Below are positions 48,018 to 57,122 of a stretch of 60,744 nt of DNA, in pieces. Positions within the stretch are counted from its first letter, which is position 1. Each line of letters opens with the position of its first letter. The notes beneath the pieces were generated by a model. It did no database searches, was not told the origin of the DNA, and saw only the letters and a list, made by a program, of their open reading frames with translations. The stretch is taken from the NCBI GenBank assembly GCA_002269645.1, contig NIVC01002788.1:1-60744 (forward strand), written 5' to 3'. The position numbers were made by a program, and so were the translations under genes. Source of the stretch: Macrostomum lignano. Its lineage: Eukaryota.

Positions 48018-49471
48018 GACAGGCAAGAGCAGCCGCAGAGAGCTGGCTATTACCTGAACGCACTCCCGCAGTCGCCGGAAAGGCTCGGCAAGGCGGGCCA
48101 GCAGCTTGTCAATCAGCTCCTGCAGACAGGCGGACAGGCAGTAGAGCTCGGCGCAGTAGCGGCGCTCCTGCTCGGCGAGATTTTGAATCACCACAGAGTG
48201 GCATTCCACCGCCTGGCTGGTGGCGCGGGAGGCCCGGGACGGCTGCTGATTTGATCGATTTGAAGCGATTTCCGCACCTACACTACTGTTAGTAGCGGAG
48301 CAGTGGGGGGATTGATTATGACGACTTTTGACGACTTGGAAAGGCATGGGGGCATTAGTGAAAAAGTAGATGTGTCTCATAGAGATCCTGGCAGGGACGG
48401 TAGGGACAGTGGAGAATGCCGGGAAGAGACAGTGAGAATGCCGGGTAGAGACAGCGAGAATGCCGGGTAGAGACAGTGGAGAATGCCGGGTAGAGACAGT
48501 GGAGAATGCCGGGTAGAGACAGTGAGAATGCCGGGTAGAGACAGTGAGAATGCCGGGTAGAGACAGTGAGAATGCCGGGAAGAGACAGTGGAGAATGCCA
48601 GGGAGAGACATTGAGAATGCCGGGTAGAGACAGTGAGAATGCCAGGGAGAGACATTGAGAATGCCGGGTAGAGACAGTGGAGAATGCCGGGTAGAGACAG
48701 TGAGAATGCCAGGTAGAGACAGTGAGAATGCCGGGTAGAGACAGTGAGAATGCCGGGTAGAGACAGTGAGAATGCCGGGTAGAGACAGTGAGAATGCCGG
48801 GTAGAGACAGTGAGAATGCCGGGTAGAGACAGTGAGAATGCCAGGTAGAGAAGTGAGAATGCCGGGTAGAGATAGTGAGAATGCCAGGTAGAGACAGTGA
48901 GAATGCCGGGTAGAGACAGTGAGAATGCCGGGTAGAGACAGTGAGAATGCCAGGTAGAGAAGTGAGAATGCCGGGTAGAGATAGTGAGAATGCCAGGTAG
49001 AGACAGTGAGAATGCCGGGTAGAGAAGTGAGAATGCCGGGTGGAGACAGTGAGAATGCCGGATAGAGACAGTGAGAATGCCAGGTAGAGACAGTGAGAAT
49101 GCCGGGTAGAGACAGTGAGAATGCCAGGTAGAGACAGTGAGAATTCCGGGTGGAGACACCTACCCTGCCCGATTGTCGCCTCTATCGTCCAGGAGCGGCG
49201 GTGGCGGCTGCGGCGGCTGAGCTGACAGGTGACTGAGGGCGTCCAAACGAGTCACATAGTTAGAGGGAAACCAGCCAGTTCTGCCGCCTGAGCTGCCCTC
49301 CCACCAGCCGCCGTCCATCATGCAGGTGACAGTGATGATATCGCCGCCTCTGAATGACAATTCGTCAGTGTGTGTGGCGGTGAAATCAAATAAAGCGGAG
49401 ACTTGAAGAGGCTGTTGCAGCGGCTGATGTTGCTGTTGCAGCCGTTGGAGCTGGTGATGCTCGGATGTCAT
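40789..49471 (-). CDS. ARHGEF7: ARHGEF6/7 (PIX)-like RhoGEF: SH3, DH, PH and GIT-binding domain
   Basis: Exons 49471-49164 (ALFDF...DELSF...GGWWEG...GWFPSNYV), 48285-48054, 47707-47385 ([26 protein letters not shown]), 46835-46455 ([15 protein letters not shown]), 46336-45867, 43085-42956 and 41097-40789 ([14 protein letters not shown]). All splice phases are consistent. Confidence 0.9.
41150..42900. repeat. 39-bp minisatellite with higher-order variants (~1.75 kb)
   Basis: Unit GACACAAATCTCATCTTTAGAACACGAATTTCCCCCTAG. Confidence 0.95.
43290..44110. repeat. 18-21-bp repeat with a GACACGAAT(A)TCTCAC core
   Basis: Direct reading; core shared with 41150-42900. Confidence 0.92.
44690..45860. 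repeat. 19-bp minisatellite (~60 copies) starting at the splice donor
   Basis: Unit GAGGATCTGGGATCAGCCT. Confidence 0.95.
46868..47325. repeat. 26-bp intronic minisatellite
   Basis: Unit AGGATGTCGATGGGAATGTGTCGGTT. Confidence 0.95.
47745..48020. repeat. (GACA)n microsatellite
   Basis: Direct reading. Confidence 0.95.
48400..49155. repeat. 22-23-bp intronic minisatellite
   Basis: Unit GAGAATGCCGGGTAGAGACAGT. Confidence 0.95.
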
Positions 49472-49714
49472 GTCAATTTACCAAGCAATTAGAGCTGGTT
49501 AAGTAGCAAGCTATATGTCAGAACAGGGGCCACCAGTAAAACAACTTGACCACCAAGGATTTTAAGAGGCTGAAAAAATGCAAATAAAAATAAGTTAAAC
49601 TTACTATGACAGGGACTGAGTGGCTTCTATCATTTACATTTATAATTATATTAATTTATTACAAATTACAAAGTTAGACAAATACAACAGTAACTTGCTG
49701 AGATCTCAAAGATT

Positions 49715-49885
49715 ATAGGGGAATTGTTAGAATGTCAAGGCTTGCTGGGGGAACTGCTGGGATGTCAAGGCTTATAGGGGAGTTGCCAGGGTATTAAGGC
49801 TTACTAGGGGAACTGCTAAGGTGGCAAGGCTTATTGGGACTATTGCTAACATGTCAAGACTTATTGGGGAACTGCTAAGATGTCA
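49715..49885. repeat. Decayed ~32-bp repeat
   Basis: GGCTTAT..GGGGAACTGCT..GATGTCAA blocks, about 5 copies. Confidence 0.65.
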
Positions 49886-52800
49886 GTACAAGTAGGATTC
49901 ACATGAAAAAATGTGCCTTGCTATTTTGCTTATTGGCCACCCTAAAAGGGGGCACTAGATTACTAGTGACTAGTTAAAAAATTGCCTATATGTATTTTTC
50001 TATAATTTTTATTTTCTTATTATTTCAATACTTCAATATATTACATATTATTAGGTTATTAGGTACTTATTAGATATTTATTAGGTTTAAAAAATATAAT
50101 TTTTCCAGTCATATATAATTTTTTTTGACAAAAATTGAATTGGAAATGTTTTAATGATTAGAAAAAATGCTTTTAATGCTTTAAATTGGCATTCTATTTA
50201 AGTTTTTCAATTTGAATACCCCCATGGGAAGGGAGCTAGTATGCTAGTCTTAGACTAAAAATAAATAGCAACAACCTTTTTTGGTCACATTGGCCAGAAG
50301 TTTTATTTAAAACAAATTGCAATAACCTTTCTCTATGTATTATTGACTAGAATTAATTATATAAAAGGTAAATATCTTATGTCTGAGTCTAAGTAGACAT
50401 TGATAAAAAAATTAGTTTAAGCAAATTGTAATATTTTTGTTTTATCCTTGATAAATATATTGATTTGTTTGTTTTTTTGTATATTTATTTGCTTTTTTTA
50501 TTTATCTATCTTAGTTAGGTACTTTTTTATTTTACCTTGTTCTTTCTTAGTTCTACCTTGATATATCTTAGTCTAGGCCTACTGTACTTTCATAATTACA
50601 CTAATTATATCTAGCTTTAGGTTACTAAAAAAAAGAAGAATAGCAATGCTAGAAGATTGGTAGCTCTTTCTTAATACCAATAGCCAGTAATAGCTACGGC
50701 AGTATTAGTTATGCACCTTAAATTCTGCATTGAAATATGCAAAATATATCAATATGGAATTTGACACCATTTTTAATATGTGGAAGCAAAGTTGCACATG
50801 TCACTTTTTATATTAGACATAAGACATTATGATTTTTATCTTTGATATGACCCTTCTTCATGTTTTACATGATGCTTTTTTAAGTTTTTTAAGAGCAATT
50901 ATAGGCTACTCAGTCTACTAAGACTATTGCCAATAGGCCAATACCAAGTGTTAAATAGTTATAGGGGGCCTATCCATGATTGTCATCAAAATGGACCAGA
51001 TTATCCTAGGCCTAGTCTATTATTAAAAAACTAAAAACAAAAATAAGCAAAGCCAAAGGCAAATTCCTGATAATAAAGAATCCTATTTAGACTATGATTA
51101 TCAGATTATTTCAATTACTGTTTTGATAGGCCTACCTTGACTGGCTTGAGGTTGAGAATGGAATAAATGGTTGAAAATGAATAGGCCTAATGCTGAGAAT
51201 ACTAGATTAAAAAAACACCCAGAACCAGACTAGTATATTGTAGTCCTAGGTGGTAGGCCTAGGCCACTTTTGACTTAAATTTAAGTATAATTAATATTAT
51301 AATTTAATTACTTTTATTGATATTATGTCAATTTACATGTTAGGTGTTACCGTGTTAGGCCTTGGATAGGATTTAAAATTATAAGTGAGATCATATTTAT
51401 ACATCATGATTCATGTTCCTAAAGTAATCCTTATATATGTGTGTGGAAAAAATAGTCTTGACAAGCTAGAGTCCTAGACGGAATTGAGAGAAGTGTCAGG
51501 ATCGGAAAGGTTGCTGAGTAACTTGAATGAATGAATGATTCCCACTTTTAAATCGAGTGAATCACCACCTGTCGGAAAAATATATTAAGCTTTAGGTAAT
51601 TCATAAAAAATAAGTTTAATTTTTTACCTTGTTCGAATAAATAGCCACTAGTGTTTTTTTGTATCGTATATAGGTGTAGGCTGTAGGCTACTTGTTCTAA
51701 CAAGCACAAAAATTAAATTTTAAACTTTCTAAGACACCCAGACGGAAGGTTTCCATTGAAGAAGGTCCGCAAGCTTATATTCGTCACCATCCTATATTAA
51801 TTGAAGTATCACTGTGTTAACTATGTGTTAACTATTTGTAACTGAGAAGCTTAAAGCTTTCACAATGCGCTTTTTACAATATAAGCTGATCTTAAGTATT
51901 ACCAGTACCAATCACTGTAGTAGTGACTAGTGACCGATGTAAATGCCAATGTCCAATGATGCAATGAATGGAATGGCCAATTTGTTAAGGGCTACAGTCT
52001 TGTCTATTGACTTGGGTGCACTTAAAGTGTATGTATAAATATCTAATTGATGATCTAACTTTAAGCTGCCAGTATGCATGTGTAAGCTGCAAGGCAAATT
52101 TGAATAAAAAATAGCAATATATATAGGTTTGCAAAGGTATAACTTTCCAAATCCAATAAAAACGCACTAAATAAATAGTAATTAGGAATTAGAAAGAAAA
52201 GAAAAATACTCTTTTCATACAGAAAAACGATTTATACATATTTAATGGGTTTTAATTTGGATGATAGCAAACTATGTTATATTTTAATAAAAAAGTTAAT
52301 AAAAATTCTACCTCATTAAATTTTAGTTTAGTACTTTTGTCTTCATTTTTAAACTAAAATTAACAAAAAAAAATATAAAATAACATCAAAGGTAATTATA
52401 AAATATATAATATAGCCAACTAAATATATTTTTCTAATCTTTCTTTACTAACATTTAGTGATTTTTAGCAGGTTTTATTTTGTTGCTTTCCTATTAGAAA
52501 ACAACTTTTAATGTGTAGAATTATATATATTAAAGAAGATTAACTAAGTTAAACCAAAAAGTATAAAGATAAATATTCTACTAGTAGATTCCCATTATAT
52601 ATTTTGGCTTTGATTGACTTCTATAAAATCTTGTTGGCAGTTGCATAGGTTTTGGCTTTTGATTATATTAGTTATATTTACTTTTTATAATAATAAATAG
52701 AAGCAAATTTTACCTATTGAGCATAGACATTATTTTAGCAATTGAAATATATAATAAAAATATTTGAACAAAGAACAAATTTAAGCAAAAATGATCAAAG

Positions 52801-53809
52801 TACTTAATGAGCAAATTGTATTTGGCCTTAAAAAGTTATAAAATTAAAAGTACAAAAGGTGTTTTTTCTACTTTGTATTATTTGACCAATTTTTATAAGT
52901 AAGATGCCTTTCTACCTACGTAATTTTTTTTATTTGAATAAAGAAAGGGAAGACTGAGGGAAGTAGACATTTTAACTTTAAATGTCTGATATCTTATTGG
53001 AGCCTTTATATTCATGCTGCTTATTGCCTATATCCTTATCTAAGTAATTAGAGAAATTCGCTTGCCTTAATAATCACTTTAGAAATTATTTATCTAATCA
53101 CTAATCAATAATGTCTTATTTATTTATTGTAAAAAAGAATGGTTGACTGTATTCATCTTAACCATAGCCCCAACTAACCCAATCACACTATTCATATTGC
53201 ATAATAAATCTCTATTGCTTTGAGTCTCCAATGCTAGGGACTTAAGAGTTCCCATTATAAAGCTTTAAAACAATAAAAATTTCAATATTAATTCATCTTT
53301 ATTGCTCTCCCCATGAAGTCAAAGGCTCTACTGGTCTTTTAAGTTACATTTATTAAGTGGCTTATATTACTAGATATGAAAAATATGTTCTCATAGCCTA
53401 ACTATATGTATGTGTTCTGCCTAAAACATCTATCCATATTTTCCTTTAGCCATATCCATAACTATGGTGGAACTCTACCCAAAACTCTGGGATCCTAGCA
53501 AACATTTGAATCTTGATTTCAACAAATCCCAAAAATGTTGATCCTATTGAACTTATACCATAGACTAGAGTCATAGACAAAACAACTTTCTGATGCTTTT
53601 AAGTCTATAGTTAAAGCTTATGAAAACAGTTATTTTCCATAGATATAGCAAAGTTACAATGTAAACCTAATCTATCTTTTTTGCAGATCACAAGATTATT
53701 CATCAGTAAAATATCCACTTTCAGCCTGAGCTCTCTCTATTCATAAATTATTTGGCACACTAAAACTTGGCGAGTCAGTCATAAGCAAATTAAATAGCAA
53801 TTCTTCACA

Positions 53810-55049
53810 ATGGAAACAACAAAGTACGAGGCAAGGACCACTACCACTGTTTCCGAGGGCCCTGGCATTGGCTTTGATCGCAGCTACCTGACTTCTGTTC
53901 TTGGCATCCTGAATGCCATCATTGTGCTCGCCGCCTTCTGCATGGGCGTCTCCTGCTCTGTGCCGACACTATTCTGGAGCTTCACCTCTGCCGCCGCCTA
54001 TTCCAGCTTTGTTGCCTGGCAGATTCTCGTTGTCTTCATCATCATCTACCTGTTCTATATGCTGCGCATCCTGCCCAAGATCCCCGGCCCCATCGGACTG
54101 GCGGTGAGCAGACAGAGCTGAGGCGCTAAGACAGACAGGCAGACAGACAGACACTTAGACAGACAGACAGACAGACAGACGGACAGACAGACAGAAACAG
54201 GCAGACAGACAGACAGACACTGAGGCGCTAAGACAGACAGGCAGACAGACAGACAGAAACAGGCAGACAGACAGACAGACACTGAGGCGCTAAGACAGAC
54301 AGACGGACAGACAGACAGACAGACGGACAGACAGACAGAAACAGGCAGACAGACACTGAGGCGCTAAGACAGACAGGCAGACACTAAGACACTGAGACAG
54401 ACAGACAGACAGAAACAGGCAGACAGGCAGACAGACAGAAAGAAACAGGCAGATAGACAAACATTCAAAAAGACAATAGGACGTATTGGTACATAGACAC
54501 TCAGACAGAAAGAAACAGAATAACAGACATGGTCTCAAGTCACAAGTCAAGTCAGTGACCCAGACAAATACTCATTACCTGAATTCAATTGAACATTTCC
54601 CGCAGATGCTTATTTACCTGCTAATCAACTTTGTTTTTCTGTTCATCAGCATCGTGCTGTGCGCCATCAACATTGAGATATTTAAGGGCCCCGCGGCCTC
54701 CGCTATGGTGAGAGTCTGGAAGCTTTGCTTCAACCAAGTTGAATAGATTTAATAATTGCTCCTAAACTGCGCTATGAGAATTTTCATTAAAAAATGCCAA
54801 GGTTCGCCCTAAGCTCCAATTTCTAAGCTTTTGCTGCAAAAATAGTAAAAAACCGTTTATTACTACTAACCATCCGGCAGGTATTCGCCCTAATCGTTAT
54901 CGGCGGCCATTTCGGCGTCGGCTTCCTGCTATTTCAAAAGTGGCGCGCTTCCGGTCACTACTTTCACAAGGCGAGTGCGGTCACACTTTCTCTAGCAGCA
55001 CCGCTACGCCACCGCCACGGCCCAGTCTGGGGAACCCGGCCGTTATTAA
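53810..55049 (+). CDS. MARVEL-domain four-transmembrane protein (CMTM/plasmolipin-like)
   Basis: Exons 53810-54103, 54606-54707 and 54881 onward, all phase 0; FDRSYLTSVLGIL is the typical MARVEL start, followed by four hydrophobic helices. The 3' end is ambiguous: stop at 55049 with a micro-intron, or 55108 without. Confidence 0.8.
54110..54520. repeat. Compound (GACA)n repeat with recurring CTGAGGCGCTAAG
   Basis: Direct reading; begins about 6 nt after the donor. Confidence 0.9.
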
Positions 55050-55214
55050 CTTGGTGTTCTGACTTGGTGTTAGACTGGCTGGGTATTTTCATCTGGCGTT
55101 GTGTCTAATAGTTAATTTATTATACCGTCTAGGTATTTTGTTGTCTATGTAGGTGAGTGCAAATTTGATCAGGTGACCTATAGTACCTTAGGTACTGTGT
55201 AAATAATACCAGAT

Positions 55215-55665
55215 TAGTGACCGGAAGTAGGTAAATGTGACCTGATCAGTGACCAGAAGTAGATAACAACCTTATCTACTGTAACCGTAACCGGAAGTTG
55301 ATAACTGTAGCCTGATCAGTGACCGGAAGTATTTGCCTGTGACCTGATCAGTGACCGGAAATAGATGACTGTAACCTGATAAGTGACCGGAAGTAGATAA
55401 CTGTAACCTGATCAGTGACCGGAAGTAAATGACTGTAGCATGATCAGTGACCGGAAGTAGATAACTGTAGCCTGATCAGTGACCGGAAGTATTTGCCTGT
55501 GACCTGATCAGTGACCGGGAAAAGATGACTGTAACCTGATCAGTGACCGGAAGTAGTTGACTGTAGCCTGATCAGTGACAGGAAGTAGATAACTGTAACC
55601 TGATCAGTGACTGAAGGTAGGTAACTGTGACCGGAAGTAGATGACTAACCTGATCAGTGACCGTC
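55215..55665. repeat. 32-bp minisatellite, ~14 copies, with an ACCGGAAGT core
   Basis: Unit CCTGATCAGTGACCGGAAGTAGATAACTGTAA; nine perfect ACCGGAAGT. Confidence 0.93.
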
Positions 55666-56479
55666 AGTGACGTACCATTGACCACAATTTTCAAGATTTT
55701 AGCCATTCCCTTTTGATACGGTCATATAATTACCAACTATCCATTGCATGTTTTAATGTTTTCCATGTTGACTATCTCCGTGACTGGCTTCATGAGCAGA
55801 TAATATATTATATTATTTTTACAGGGAACAAATTATTAATCTTTATCTCTATATTTCTAACCGTAGCTGTGGTCCAAAATGTTCTCTATTTATTAGCCTG
55901 TGAGTTTCCTGTGCAAATTGATAATTATTTACAAGTCTATACTTTCTGCGCTCAATCTATTTTTGGCTTTGATTGAATTTACGTTCAAACTACAAAGTAT
56001 AAGTTGCAGTATAAGTTGCAATACTGATTTCTACAACCAAGTCACAGATTTTCTGCAAAAAGTTTGTGCAATACATATAGTCACATATCTCTAGTACAAT
56101 AGCGCCTGTCGCAATGCCCAAATCAGTTCTTGTTTTTTATTGCCCTCTGCCAAATGCGTTCATTCCGAAAAATATAAAAATATACGTTTATTATTGCAGT
56201 CCAAATTTTGTCGTTTTTTACGCTTTCGTCCATCGGTTCGATTTGGTTCATTTGAAAAATACTTTTGTTATTTTGTCATTTAATTTTTTTGGATATCTTC
56301 AGGACAACAGTAAATAGGCTCAATAGACTGAAATTTTGATTTCCCTAGGTTGTACTAAACCCAAGGAATGCCAATACATCTTCAGCACAAAACAGCTTCT
56401 TAAATTTTAAGACAAACCATAGCGTCATTGCTTACCTGCCTACTGATAGTACAGTGGCAAGGAATTCGCAATTCGAATC

Positions 56480-57122
56480 CGATCAGAAGCCAACCAGCAG
56501 CCAGCCAACCAGCAGCAAGCCAACCAGCAGCCAGTTAATCAGCAGCCAGCCAACCAGCAGCCAGCCAACCAGCAGCCACCCAACCAGCAGCCAGCCAATT
56601 AGCAGTCAGCCAACTAGCAGCCAGCCAATCAGCAGCCACCCAACCAGCAGCCAGCCAACCAGCAGCCAGCCAACCAGCAGCCAGCCAACCAGCAACCAGC
56701 CAATCAGCAGCCACCCAATCAGCAGCCACCCAATCAGTGGCCAGCCAACCAGCAGCCAGCCAACCAGCAGCCACCCAACCAGCAGCCACCCAACCAGCAG
56801 CCAGCCAATCAGCAGCCACCCAACCAGCAGCCGCCCAACCAACAGTCAGCCAACCAGCAGCCAGCCAACCAGCAGCCAGCCAATTAGCAGTCAGCCAACT
56901 AGCAGCCAGCCAATCAGCAGCCACCCAACCAGCAGCCAGCCAACCAGCAGTCAGCCAACCAGCAGCCACCCAACCAGCAGCCACCCAACCAGCAGCCAGC
57001 CAATCAGCAGCCACCCAACCAGCAGCCGCCCAACCAACAGTCAGCCAACCAGCAGCCAGCCAACCAGCAGCCCGCCAATCAGCAGCCAGCCAACCAGCAG
57101 CCAGCCAATCAGCAGCCAGCCA
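56480..57122 (+). repeat. 15-bp repeat (~43 units) abutting and in frame with the SLC25A19 ATG
   Basis: Unit CCAA(C/T)CAGCAGCCA(G/C); translates as QPTSS/QPISS. Confidence 0.95.
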
